DNA of 64,000 nucleotides from Candidatus Eiseniibacteriota bacterium (lineage in GTDB: Bacteria; Eisenbacteria; RBG-16-71-46), in assembly GCA_963717505.1 (NCBI GenBank), contig OY970342.1, forward strand, positions 3,616,001-3,680,000. Direction: 5' to 3'. The notes beneath the pieces are model-generated. The model ran no database searches and had not been told where the DNA came from. It saw only the letters and a list, made by a program, of their open reading frames with translations. Below are positions 8,869 through 19,635 of this stretch, one piece after another. Each line of letters starts with the position of its first letter. Position 1 is the stretch's first letter. A program made the position numbers and the translations under genes.

Positions 8869-11079
8869 CTACGGCGTGTCCGGCTCCGACTCTTCGGCGG
8901 TCTTCTCGGGCGCCGGCTTGGCGCGGACGATCCGGCGCGCCCCGAACAGCTCGGTGAAGAACTCGTCGCCGACCGGGGTCATGGCACTCACGTAGTAGGT
9001 CGCGTACCCCTGCTCGTCGATCAACGCGATCGGGAACACGGTGGAGCCGAGCAACGCGCCGGATGCGCGACGCAGTTCCATCGGGAATCGGCGCCAGATG
9101 CCCTCCGGGGTCCGCACGTGCAGCCACATCTCGCGAATGTCGCTTTCGGTCATGCCCGAGAGCGCGACCGCGAGGATGGTCGGCAGATCGCGCGACATCG
9201 GTCCGGTGGGCGAGATCCGCGTCAGCCGTGGAGCTTCGGCCCCAGCGCCGAGCACGAAGTCGGCGAATCGCTGGTTGCCGCCCGGCAAGTCGATCACCTG
9301 AACCGCGGGCTCGTCGCCCGCATGCGAGACCCGGATGCTGTGCGGCCCGCGCGGCAGTTCGAGCTCGAACGGAGTCCGGCCTCGGAACTCGCCGTCGACG
9401 TACACGCTCGCACCCTGGATCGGCTCGCCTTCGGGATCGCCCGCACGGGTCGCGCGCACGACCAGGACGCCGTTCGCCGGAACCTGGAACGGCTGGGTCA
9501 TGATCTCGCGCTCCTCGCCGATTCCGAGCTGGAATGTCTCGGTCCACGGCTCGAGCCCCGGAGCCCGGAACCGAAGCTCGTGCGGTCCGGGTGACACTTC
9601 ATCGATGGTGACCGGCGCGTAGCCGTGTTCGGTACCGTCGAGCGTGACCGTCACCGGAACGCGGGCGTCGGTCGAGACGACGCGCACGGTCCCGGAGAGG
9701 ATCGCCATGATGTTGCCGCGTTCGCCGGACACCGCCCGCACTTCGTAGTCGGCGGATCCGAGACCCGGCAAGCGCAGGGTGACGCGATGGTCGCCGGGCG
9801 CGAGGGCGAGTGTCGCCGGAGTCCGCTGCCCGGTCTCGCGCCCATCGACCACGATCTCCGCGGACCCGGGCGTGCTATCGATCGTGAACTGCACGCGCCC
9901 GCCGAACCCCGCGAACGGCGACGGAGCGCGCGCGGGTTGCGGACGCAGGGTCAGCCAACCTGCAACCGCCAGCACCAGGGTGGCGACTGCCGCCCACGCC
10001 CAGGGCCGGCGCCACAGAGGGCGCGCCGCGAGTTCGCGGGCCGAAGGCCACGCCGGGCGCATCGGGATCGCCGGGGCGCGCCACGAGCCGGAGTCGCCCG
10101 CCGCGGGCGCCGGCGGCGGGATCGCCTTCGCGGGCTGGACCAGCACGTAGTTCGACGCCGGCTCGACCTCGCCGGCCGGGATTTGTGCACGCGCGTTGGA
10201 TCCTGCATCCACCCCCCCGGAGTCGGGGGCACTCCACCCGGGAGCCGCGTTGAAATCCCCGGCACTCCAGCCTGGTACCTCTTCGCTGGGTGGGGCCTCG
10301 GCCACGCGGGCGACCTGCTCCTCGGCCTGGACGACGTCGCTCGCCCGGGCCCTCGATTCCTCGACCGGCGGCGCGACGATCGCTCGAACCGAATCTCCCA
10401 TCGCGGCGCGCGTCAGCCATTCCGGCTCGGGGGTCGGAGGAATCTCGTCGGGAATCGCAGGTGGTTCGCCGCCGAACCGCGCGGCAATCATCCGCTCCAG
10501 AGCCGCCTGAGCTTCAGCAGGATCGTCGGACCATCCGTGCCACGCGTCGGCCGGCCCGCGAGCGACATCGATCAGCACCGATGGCGAATTCGGATCGGTG
10601 CTGCCCACCGGCCAAGAGAACACCATCTCGGCCGACGCCTGGATCGGGAACACGCAGGCGTGCGCCTCGCGTCCGGAGCCGTCGCGCAGGCGAATCCACG
10701 ACGGACCCGTATCCTCGCCCACGATCAGGTGTTCGAACCGCCCTGCCCAACCCAGCGCGACGTCGTGGCCATCGTCGAAAACCACCAGTGCTGCTTCCGC
10801 GCCGTCTTCGCCCGCGAGTGGTCCGGTCACGAGTCGGGCGAGCACCTGGTGGAGCAGAGGCGGAACGATGCTCGGAGTCGTGACGCGCTGCGCCGCAGCT
10901 CGCGAGTCGCGTGCGAGGTGGGCGAGCAGCAGGTCGAGCCTCGCGCCACTCGTCCCTCCCGGCGCGCCGACCACCACCATGAGGAGGTCGGCCTCGGCAT
11001 GGCGACCGACCAAGACTTCGCCGGTGGGCCGGGTGGAAATCTGCCACCGTCCTGCCTGAACGATGCCCGCTGAAGTCAA
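8869..11079 (-). CDS. Membrane-anchored PEGA-domain protein with a long cytoplasmic N-terminus
   Basis: Pro/Ala/Glu-rich linker, one TM helix (WAWAAVATLVLAVAGWL), three PEGA-like repeats (IDSTPGSAEIVVDG..TP; VTLDG..APV; GASVYVDGEFRGRTP). Confidence 0.8.
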   Translation of the reverse strand: MTSAGIVQAGRWQISTRPTGEVLVGRHAEADLLMVVVGAPGGTSGARLDLLLAHLARDSRAAAQRVTTPSIVPPLLHQVLARLVTGPLAGEDGAEAALVVFDDGHDVALGWAGRFEHLIVGEDTGPSWIRLRDGSGREAHACVFPIQASAEMVFSWPVGSTDPNSPSVLIDVARGPADAWHGWSDDPAEAQAALERMIAARFGGEPPAIPDEIPPTPEPEWLTRAAMGDSVRAIVAPPVEESRARASDVVQAEEQVARVAEAPPSEEVPGWSAGDFNAAPGWSAPDSGGVDAGSNARAQIPAGEVEPASNYVLVQPAKAIPPPAPAAGDSGSWRAPAIPMRPAWPSARELAARPLWRRPWAWAAVATLVLAVAGWLTLRPQPARAPSPFAGFGGRVQFTIDSTPGSAEIVVDGRETGQRTPATLALAPGDHRVTLRLPGLGSADYEVRAVSGERGNIMAILSGTVRVVSTDARVPVTVTLDGTEHGYAPVTIDEVSPGPHELRFRAPGLEPWTETFQLGIGEEREIMTQPFQVPANGVLVVRATRAGDPEGEPIQGASVYVDGEFRGRTPFELELPRGPHSIRVSHAGDEPAVQVIDLPGGNQRFADFVLGAGAEAPRLTRISPTGPMSRDLPTILAVALSGMTESDIREMWLHVRTPEGIWRRFPMELRRASGALLGSTVFPIALIDEQGYATYYVSAMTPVGDEFFTELFGARRIVRAKPAPEKTAEESEPDTP

Positions 11080-11160
11080 CGAACGAATCCCTTCATGCGC
11101 GTCGGGTCCTCCCGTGACGGCTGCCTGACCAATGCAACGCTAGGCCTGACGCGTAGTTGC

Positions 11161-11175
11161 TGGCACATGACTTGC
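11161..11175 (+). promoter_or_regulatory. Sigma-54 (-24/-12) promoter candidate upstream of the mltD-like gene
   Basis: TGGCAC-ATGAC-TTGC is an exact match to TGGCAC-N5-TTGC. A second weaker site, GGGCCCGACGGTTGCA, lies at 11246-11261. Confidence 0.65.
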
Positions 11176-11355
11176 GCGTACCTAGCCTTTCGGCCGGCTT
11201 TTCAGGCAACTTGACGATTCCCTGTTCACGTTGACGGGCAATGTCGGGCCCGACGGTTGCATCCTGCATGCCGGAACCACTAGCCTCCCGCCCCTTGAAC
11301 GACATCAGGGCGTGGAAGCGGCTCTCCAGCGAGGTCGAATTTGCGGCACGGATTC

Positions 11356-13185
11356 ATGAAAGGTCTGGTTTTGCTCGGCGCTGTCAGTCTGGCTGGCGCC
11401 GCTTCGGCGTTCGAGCTGGCGGCGGTCCCGGCGCCGGAAACCGACGCTTCGATTGAGTCGCCTGCGTTCGCGGACTCGGCGCGCGCCGCGTACCAGGCCG
11501 CGTGGGCCAACCGCCAGGCGGGTAACTTCGATCTCGCGGTCGAAGTCGCCGACTTCTGGCTGGAGCGCATCCGTCAGGAACTGGATCGCGGCCCCGACAT
11601 GTCGACCCGCCATTACCTGAACGACCTGCACGGCCGACTCGGCGGGCTGCGCGACGCCGCACGCAAGGACCTGCGCGACGCCGAGCAGGAGCGCGCGCGC
11701 GGCGAGAACCCGGACGCGCCGGAAATGATGGCGCCGGGCATTGGCCAGATCGAGCTCCAGACCAACCCTCAGGTCGAGCGCTACATCGAGTTCTTCACCG
11801 GCGCCGGCCGCTCCACGTTCGAGCGCTGGCTGCAAGCGCTCGGGCCGCTACATGGAGCTGTTCCGCGCGGTGCTGCAGAAGGAGGGCCTGCCGCCCGACC
11901 TGGTGCACCTGGTGTTCGTCGAGAGCGGCTTCAACGTGAACGCGCGCTCGGTCTCGGCGGCGGTCGGCCCGTGGCAGTTCCTGCGCTCGCACCGGCCGCT
12001 TGTTCGGCCTGACCGTCAATCAGTGGGTGGACGAGCGCAAGGATCCCGAGAAGTCGACGGTCGCGGCGGCGCGCTACCTCAAGCACCTCTACGCGATCTT
12101 CGGCGACTGGCCGCTGGCGCTGGCGTCGTACAACGCCGGCGAGGGCACCGTGCTGCGCGCGATCAAGCGCCAGGGCACCACCAACTACTGGGACCTGAAG
12201 CTGCCGCGGCAGACCGAGGACTACGTGCCGCAGTTCATGGCGGTGCTCGCGATCTCGCGCGATCCCGGCACGTACGGCTTCGACGCGGTCGAGCTGGACG
12301 ATCCGATGGAGTTCGACGAGGTCGCGCTTCACGGGCGCGGTCGACCTGCGCGCGCTCGCCAAGCTCGCCGACTGCAGCGTACGAGGAGCTCAAGGAGCTG
12401 AACCCGGCGGTGCTGCACCACGCGGCACCGGGCCGCGACGGCGTCACCATCGGTGCGCGTGCCCGCCGGCAAGGGCGAGATCCTGATGGAGAAGCTGCAG
12501 GGCGGCGCCGACGCTGCCGGCGGTCAACCTGACGGTCAAGCACCGCGTGCGCCGCGGCGAGACGCTGCAGTGCGATCGCCGAGCCAGTACCACGTCAGCG
12601 CCAAGCCGACTCGCGTCGCGCAACGGCATCGGCGCGCAAGCGCCCGCTGCAGCGCGGCATGGTGCTGACCGTTCCGGCCAGCATCGCCGTCCCCGACCCT
12701 GCTGACTCGAGCCGAGCGATCCGCGCGCCTCGACCGCCTACGTTCCGGCGCGCACCCGTGCGGCTCCGGCGTCGCTCGAGGCCAAGTCCGACCGCCGACG
12801 GCCGCATGACCCACACGGTGCGCCGCGGCGAGACGCTGGGCGCGATCGCCGGCCGCTACGGCGTCACTGTCAGCCGACCTCAAGCGCTGGAACCGGCTCA
12901 GCAGCAACTCGGTTCGCCGCGGCACGCGCCTCAAGATCCGCACCGGCGAAGCGCGATGACAGCCGCCGCGCTGGCGACCGCGTCGCCGGTCGCACTCGAC
13001 CCGGTCAGCGCGAGAACTCGAGCCGCCAAGACAGCGCCGCCGCAAGACCATCGTGGTTCAGCCCGGCGACACGCTGACCGGGATCGCCGAGCGACACGGC
13101 GTCACCGTCCGCGACCTCAAGACGCCTGAACGGGCTGCGGTCGTCGCGGATCATGTCGGGCCAGCGGCTCAGGCTTCCCGGCTAG
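11356..13185 (+). CDS. MltD-like lytic transglycosylase with LysM repeats (several frameshifts, probably assembly errors)
   Basis: Signal peptide. Fragments across frames: [50 protein letters not shown], and LysM motifs [13 protein letters not shown] and [11 protein letters not shown]. Confidence 0.88.
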
Positions 13186-13254
13186 AGCGAAACTCGGCCG
13201 GCGAACTCGGCCTGAGACGCCGGCGAGCGTCGACGTTTCACCGCAGGGTCCGCG

Positions 13255-14548
13255 CTAGTGCATCGACTCCGGCCCGTCCACCACGCCGCCGGCCGGCACG
13301 TCGCGGTGAAGTCGCGCTCGGTCACGAAGGCGCCGATGCGCGCGTTGCGGCCGATGCGTGAGCCCTCCGGCAGGTGCGCGCCCTTGCCGACCACGCGTCA
13401 GCCCGCTCGACAGGTGCTCGGGGCAGGCGCGGTTCGGCGACGCGTCGTCGCCGTGGCCGACCCTGCGCCCCGTCCCCGACCTCGCACCTCCTTGTCGAGG
13501 ATCGCGCGATCGAGGACCGCGCCGCGCCGAACGACGTGTCGTGCATGACGATGCTGTCGCGCACCACGGCCCCGCGCGGCACGCTGACGCCCGGGGAACA
13601 GCACCGAGCGCACCACCTCGCCCGCCGATCACGCAGCCGTTCGCGATCAGGCTGCGCTCGCCACGCGGCCGCCGGGCTCGAACCGCACCGGCGGCCGGTC
13701 GGCGCTCTGCGTGTGGATCACCCAGTCGGGATCGGCGAGATCGATCGGCGGCCGGTCGGCGAGCAGCGCGCAGGTTGGACTCGTAGTAGGAGTCGAGCGT
13801 GCCGACGTCCTGCCAGTAGTCGGGGAAGCGGTAGGCGAACACGCGCCTCGCCGCGCGCGACCAGCCGCGGCAGCAGGTCCTTGCCGAAGTCGTGGCGTCG
13901 AGTCCGGCATCGCGGCGTCCTCGACCAGCCAGCGGATCAGCGCGTCGCGGTCGAACAGGTAGACGCCCATCGACGCCAGCCGCGAGCGCGCCTGCTTGCG
14001 GCTTCTCCTGGAAGCCGACGACGCGGCCCGTCTGCGTCGGTCTCGAGGATGCCGAAGCTGATGCGTCATGTCGGCCGGCACCTCGGTGACCGCGACCGTG
14101 ACCGACGCGCCGGTTGCGCGACGTGGAACGCGTAGAGGACGTTGTAGTCCATCTTGTAGACGTGGTCGCCCGACAGCACCAGCACCTGCTCGGTGCGGCG
14201 GCGCCGCAGGTGGATCAGGTTGCGGTAGATCGCGTCGGCGGTGCCCTGGTACCAGTCGCTCTCGACGCGTGCCGAGCGAGGGCTGGAGGATCTGGATGCC
14301 GCCGCGCGTGCGGTCGAGGTCCCACGGACGCCCGGTGCCGATGTGCCGGTTGAGCGAGGTCGGCCGGTACTGGGTCAGCACGCCGACGTCGTAGATGCCC
14401 GGAGTTCACGCAGTTGGACAGCGTGAAGTCGATGATCCGGTACTTGCCGCCGAACGGCACCGCCGGCTTGGCGCGCCGCTCGGACAGCAGGCACAGCCGG
14501 CGTGCCGACGCCGCCCGCCAGGATGAACGCGTAGCGCGAGCCGTTCAC
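13255..14548 (-). CDS. glgC: Glucose-1-phosphate adenylyltransferase, canonical copy (frameshifted)
   Basis: [59 protein letters not shown] pieced together across frames. GTG start overlaps the upstream stop. Confidence 0.9.
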
Positions 14549-15828
14549 CGCCGAGTCCTCGGTGCGCGACGCGGCTCGCGCGATCCACGATCGCCCGGCA
14601 GCTGAGCGCCGCTCGCCGCTCGGAAGTCCCGGGCACGAGCGCCGACGCCGATCACCGCCGGCGCGATCGACGCGCGCGCCGTCGGGAATCGTCGCGTCCT
14701 TGCCGACCAGCGTCAGCCCCGTCGAGCCACGCGCAGCGTGCGGATCGCCGGACCTCGCCGCCGCCGATCTGCGCGCCGCTCGCCGACCTGCGACGTACTT
14801 GTCGAGGATCGCCCCGGTCGACCCGCGCGCCGGCGCCGATCCGGCGTGTCGGACATGACCACCGAGTCGACGATCTCGGCGCCGGGCGCGACCACCACGC
14901 CCGGAGAACAGCACCGAGCGTCGCACGCTGCCCGCGATCCGGCAGCCGTTCGCGATCAGGCTGCTCCTCGACCGCGGCCGAGGCCTCGATGCAGCACCGG
15001 CGGACGCTCCTCGTCGCGCGTCAGGATCGGCCAGCGCGGCTCGTGGAGCGTGAAACGCGGCTCGGGCGCGACCAGCTCGAGGTTGGCGCGATAGTAGGTC
15101 GACAACGTGCCGACGTCCTCCCAGTAGCCGTCGAACTCGTGCGCGAAGACGCGCACGCCGCGCTCGACCATCGGCACGCATCACGTCGAGCACCAGGTCC
15201 ACCGGACGCGCCCGCAGCAGCTCCCCGAGCACCTCGAAGTCGAACAGGTAGATGCCCATCGAGGCGAACGGTCGCGGTCGCTGCGCTCCGGCTTCTCCTC
15301 GAGCGCACGCACGCGCCCCTCGCCGTCGAACGTCGACCATGCCGAAGCGGTGCGACTGGTCGGCCGGGACGCGCGTCACCGCCAGCGTCGCGCTCGCGCG
15401 CCGGTCGCTCGTGGGTCTGCGCCAGCGCGCGATAGTCCATGCGATAGACATGGTCGCCGGAGAGCACCAGCACGCGGTCGGGACGGCGCTCTTCGATCAC
15501 GTCCCAGTTCTGCGCCATGGCGTCCGCGGTGCCGCGATACCAGCCGGCATGGCTCCGGGTCTGGTAGGGCTGCAGGATCTCGATGCCGCCGGCGCGCCGG
15601 TCGAGATCCCAGGCGCGTCCCGAGCCGATGTGGTCGTGCAGCGAGGTCGGCGCGTGCTGGGTGACCAACGCGACGTGCTCGACGTCGCGAGTGGCAGCAG
15701 TTGCTGAGCACGAAGTCGATGATGCGGTACTTGCCGCCGAAGGGTACGGCGCTGACCGCGCGCTCGGCGGTCAGGACGCTCAGACGTTCGCCGCCGCCGC
15801 CCGCCAGCACCACCGCCATGTCGGCCAT
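14545..15828 (-). CDS. Second glucose-1-phosphate adenylyltransferase-family protein, GlgD-like (frameshifted)
   Basis: [64 protein letters not shown]. Confidence 0.85.
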
Positions 15829-15845
15829 GGGCGCGCCGTGCGGGG

Positions 15846-16961
15846 CTACCAGCTCACGCTGAGCGACACCAGATGCGTGGCGTCGAGGTTCTGATCCTCG
15901 GGGAAGTCGTCCTCGTCGGAGGCGAAGAAGCGATTGAGGTTCGCGGCGTAGTCGGCGCCGAAGTGCTTGTAGCGGACACCGGCGCCGAAGGCGAGATCCT
16001 TGCCGGCGGCCCCGCTGCGCAACGCGAGCGTGTTTCGATACCAGTACTCGAGCCCGGTGCGAACGTCCCAGGTCTGACCACCGAGCGAGATCTGGCTGTC
16101 GAGGCTGCGGCGCTCGAATCCCCACGCCAGGTCGAAGCCCCAGGTCAGCGCGTGGCGCTCGGCCGGATAGAAGTTGAACGCGACGCCGGTGTCGATCGTC
16201 GGCACCACCAGCTCGCGCGTGCCGTTCGACCAGGACAGGTAGGTGGTGGTGAGGTCGTGGACCACGACGCCGATGGTCACGGCGTCGGTGGGCATGTAGA
16301 CGCCTCCGATGTCGAGCCCGGCACCGAACGAGGTGACGTGATCGCCGGGGATCGTGTCGGGAATGCTCTGGTGGACGAACTTGAGGTTGCCGCCGAACGC
16401 CCAGCGCTTGCTCGGCTGGCGCGCGAACGACAGGAGCACGGCAAGGTCGCTGGCGCTGGCGTAGAACAGGTCGTCGCCGGTGAGCAGTAGCCGCTCACCC
16501 CGATCCCACACGCCGTTCCCCTGCCCGTTGCCCGGCGTGGTTTCGTTGTTGTCGGTGCCGAAGTCGAGGAAGTCGCGACCGGCCGTCAGCCCGCCGGGAC
16601 GCGGCGTCACCGGAATGTCGTCGGTGGCCAGGCGAATCATCGAGATGCCCAGCGCCGAATGCTTGCCCTTGAGGTCGCCGAGCGGGATCACCGCCGACAC
16701 GTAGTCGTGATTGAGCAGGCTCCCGAACTTTTCCTGGTGCTGGAACAGGACCTCGCGGTAAGGCAGGTAGACCATGCCGGCGGGATTCCAGTACGAGGCG
16801 GTTGCGTCGTCGGAGATGGCGGCGAATGCGCCGCCCATGCCCATGGCGCGGGGGCCCACGGGGATCTTGAGGAATTCGCCTGCGTACTTGGTGGCTCCGG
16901 CGGGTGATGCCGCGAGCCCCAAGGCACAGACGACGAGGACGGCAAAATGGGTGGTTTTCAT
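15846..16961 (-). CDS. PorV/PorQ-family (FadL-like) outer-membrane barrel
   Basis: Signal peptide then [34 protein letters not shown], amphipathic beta-strands, terminal VSLSVSW. Confidence 0.85.
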   Translation of the reverse strand: MKTTHFAVLVVCALGLAASPAGATKYAGEFLKIPVGPRAMGMGGAFAAISDDATASYWNPAGMVYLPYREVLFQHQEKFGSLLNHDYVSAVIPLGDLKGKHSALGISMIRLATDDIPVTPRPGGLTAGRDFLDFGTDNNETTPGNGQGNGVWDRGERLLLTGDDLFYASASDLAVLLSFARQPSKRWAFGGNLKFVHQSIPDTIPGDHVTSFGAGLDIGGVYMPTDAVTIGVVVHDLTTTYLSWSNGTRELVVPTIDTGVAFNFYPAERHALTWGFDLAWGFERRSLDSQISLGGQTWDVRTGLEYWYRNTLALRSGAAGKDLAFGAGVRYKHFGADYAANLNRFFASDEDDFPEDQNLDATHLVSLSVSW

Positions 16962-17032
16962 GTCGTTTCGGAGGCGTCGTCCGGCCTGGTCGGAACGGCC
17001 GCAGTGAGGGTCGAGCCTAGAGGGCGGCTCGA

Positions 17033-17578
17033 TCAACTGTCAACCCGCAGCGGCACCGGACGGCTCTCGAGAATCCCCGCTTCGCTGAGCGGATGGAGCA
17101 CGCGGTACTCGCCACGGATGCGGAGCAGATCGGTCGAGACTGAAAGCGATCGCTCCTCGCGATTGCCACGCGGGCGGAATCGCACCCGGTAGGTCGCGGA
17201 GACATGGTCCTCGTCGATCGGGATGAAGCGCAGATGCTCGATCGTGAAGGCACGCGTCGCCGGGAGTCCCCACTGCATGCCGGGGAACGGCAGGTCGCGA
17301 GGGGGTCCGGCAGAACAAGCCCAAATGCCTTCGACGTCGTGATTCATCAGCGCCTCCCAGTAGGTCGCGAGGGCGGTCCCCGGGGAGCGCAGTGCCGGAT
17401 CTACCTCGCATCGCTCACCGTGGAAACCCAGGCAGCCTGCCACGAGGAGCACGACGATGATCCGACCCGACGCGCCCAGCCGTGCGTGGTCATGGGCTGA
17501 TACCCCGGAAGGCGCATCGTTCGTTCCCGGAAACGTGGTCCCGGGACTTGGAGCAGGAGGCACGAGATGGAGCCGCAA
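17033..17578 (-). CDS. Hypothetical putative lipoprotein
   Basis: IIVVLLVAGC lipobox-like segment. Co-oriented with neighbours; start uncertain. Confidence 0.55.
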   Translation of the reverse strand: MRLHLVPPAPSPGTTFPGTNDAPSGVSAHDHARLGASGRIIVVLLVAGCLGFHGERCEVDPALRSPGTALATYWEALMNHDVEGIWACSAGPPRDLPFPGMQWGLPATRAFTIEHLRFIPIDEDHVSATYRVRFRPRGNREERSLSVSTDLLRIRGEYRVLHPLSEAGILESRPVPLRVDS

Positions 17579-17866
17579 GGCGAAGTGCGGGCCTCTGAGC
17601 TTGGGAAACCCAGGCCTCCCTGGCCGCCGGAGGGAAAGTCCGGAACGATTAGTCTGCGGCCCTGTTGCGCATGAATTGTTCCCGCAGCCTCAGCAGTGGC
17701 GAGCGCAGCCACGACCTCGACGATCCTCGGAAGTGAGACCGGCATGAGGTTGGGAGACAACGACCTGGGAGATCGCGTCCTGGCGCGTCGCGCAGCGACG
17801 TCAGCCTGTGGAAATCGCGCGAGGAAGTGACCGGCTTCGGATCTGGGCGATCCAACGCACTTCAAA

Positions 17867-19635
17867 CTACGGCCGAGGTCTTTTCCCCCGCGGCTTCGGG
17901 CCGCGCCAGGGCGAGGTCGAGCCGCGCGTCGCGCCGCGAGCCGGGGGTCGCGACGGCCTTCGAGCGGGACCACGCGACGGCCCGAACGAGGGACCACGTG
18001 AAGGACCACGTGACGGAGCCACGTGAGGGCCCACGTGAAGGTCCGCGAGAAGATTCCCGAGCGGGGCCGCCCGACATACCACGTGACGGTCCACGGGGCG
18101 GCCCGAACGATGGGCGGCGCGAAGGTCCGCGGGACGGTCCCGCTGCCGAGTTCCGCGGCATGCTACGTGCCGGTCCACGCGAGGGTCCGCGAGTCGGCCC
18201 GAACGACGGGCGGCGCGAAGGACCGCGGGACGGTCCCGCTGCCGAGTCCCGCGGCATGCCACGGGCCGGCCCACGCGAGGGTCCACGAGTCGGCCCGAAC
18301 GACGGGCGGCGCGAGGGTCCGCGGGACGGCACCGCTGCCGAGTCCCGCGGCATGCCACGGGCCGGCCCACGCGAAGGTCCGCGAGTCGGTCCGAACGACG
18401 GGCGGCGCGAGGGTCCGCGAGACGGTCCCGCTGCCGAGTCCCGCGGCATGCCACGTGCCGGCCCACGCGAAGGTCCGCGAGTCGGTCCGAACGACGGACG
18501 GCGCGAGGGTCCGCGAGACGGTCCGCGGCTCGGTCCGCGACTCGGTCCGCGACTCGGTCCGCGAGACGGCCCACGAGACTCGTCGCGGGTGCGCACGCGA
18601 TCCGGCCGGCCAGCCGCGGGTCGGCCTTCGGCGCGATCTCGGAATCGCGGGCGCTCCCCTTCCGGCCGCGCGCGTCCCGTGGCGCTCGGAGTGGGACGCC
18701 AGGTTCGCGGGGCGCCGGGACGTTCGCGCCGACCTCGGGCTCCGGTGGGCCGGCGCGACTCATCGTGCGTCGCGGGCGCGACCTTCGCACGCTCGGCGTC
18801 GCGCTGCCGGCGATCGAAGCGCGACAACCGGGCCGCTCCCGCGGGCAGCGGGCGCGGCCGCGCCGACGCCGTACGCAGGCGCTCGACCTCCTCGGCCGAC
18901 AACTCGCGCCACATTCCGCGCTCGATCGGCCCCAGTCGCACCGGACCGTAGCCCGAGCGGTGGAGCTTGAGCACGTTGAGCCCGACCGCCTCGCACATCC
19001 GACGCACCTGCCGGTAGCGACCCTCGTGGATCGACAGGCCCAGAACCGCGCTGTCGTCGTCACGCGCGACCACGCGCACGCGCGCCGGAGCGCTCATCGC
19101 GTCCCGGCTCGAACTCACACCGGTTTCCAGCCGGCGCAGCTGTCCCTCGTTGGGCTCGCGGTCGACCCGCACCCGGTAGATGCTTCTCCACGCCGTAGCG
19201 CGGATGCATGAGGTGGTGCGCGAGCTCGCCGTCGTTGGTGAGGATCAGGAGTCCGCTGGTGTCGGCGTCGAGGCGCCCGACCGGGAACACGCGCGGGCCG
19301 GGGGGCAGGAACTCGCGAATCGTCCGCCGGCCCTGCGGGTCACTCAACGTCGTGATCACGCCGACCGGCTTGTTGAGCACGAAGTAGCGTGGCGTGGCGG
19401 CGCCGGGCAGCAGCCGGCCCTGCACCTCGACGCGGTCGCGATCCGGTTCGACCAGCGTGCCCGGCTCGCGCACGATCACGCCGTTGACGCGCACGACGCC
19501 CGACTCGATCAGGGCATCGCAGGCCCGGCGTGAGCCGAGACCCCGGCGCGCGAGCAGCTTGTTGAGTCTCAGACCCGCGCCCGCGGGCGGCGTGTTACTC
19601 ACGCTCGCGGCCCGGAACCGCCGGGGCCGGCTCAT
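17867..19635 (-). CDS. rluB: 23S rRNA pseudouridine synthase RluB-family with a very long basic low-complexity C-tail (frameshifts near 19185 and 18015)
   Basis: S4 domain RLNKLLA..GSRR, NKPVG, VGRLDADTSGLLILTNDGE, EGRYRQVRRM. Conserved position after scpAB. The tail ends ...KPRGKRPRP* at 17867. Confidence 0.88.
17965..18580. repeat. Coding tandem repeat: 96-bp units built from 12-bp subunits (RGPS tetrapeptide)
   Basis: GCCGAGTYCCGCGGCATG recurs at 18145, 18241, 18337 and 18433 (period 96). The unit encodes GPSRGPSRRPSFGPTRGPSRGPARGMPRDSAA and is flanked by pure (RGPS)n. Confidence 0.92.

Noticed and set aside
17590-17860. GAGGGAAAGTCCGG resembling the RNase P RNA 5' conserved motif, with nearby hairpins
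   Set aside because: The other universally conserved RNase P segments (AGTGCNACAG, ACANAANNCGGCTTA) were not found at suitable distances. No riboswitch consensus was recognised either.
17965-18580. Regular repeats as a possible CRISPR array
   Set aside because: The units are contiguous with no unique spacers, have periods that are multiples of 3 (12 and 96 bp), lie in frame within rluB, and no cas genes are present.
17827-18951. Plus-strand ORF with GPREGPRD repeats
   Set aside because: It is the antisense shadow of the rluB repeat tail; stop-free frames are expected in GC-rich repeats.
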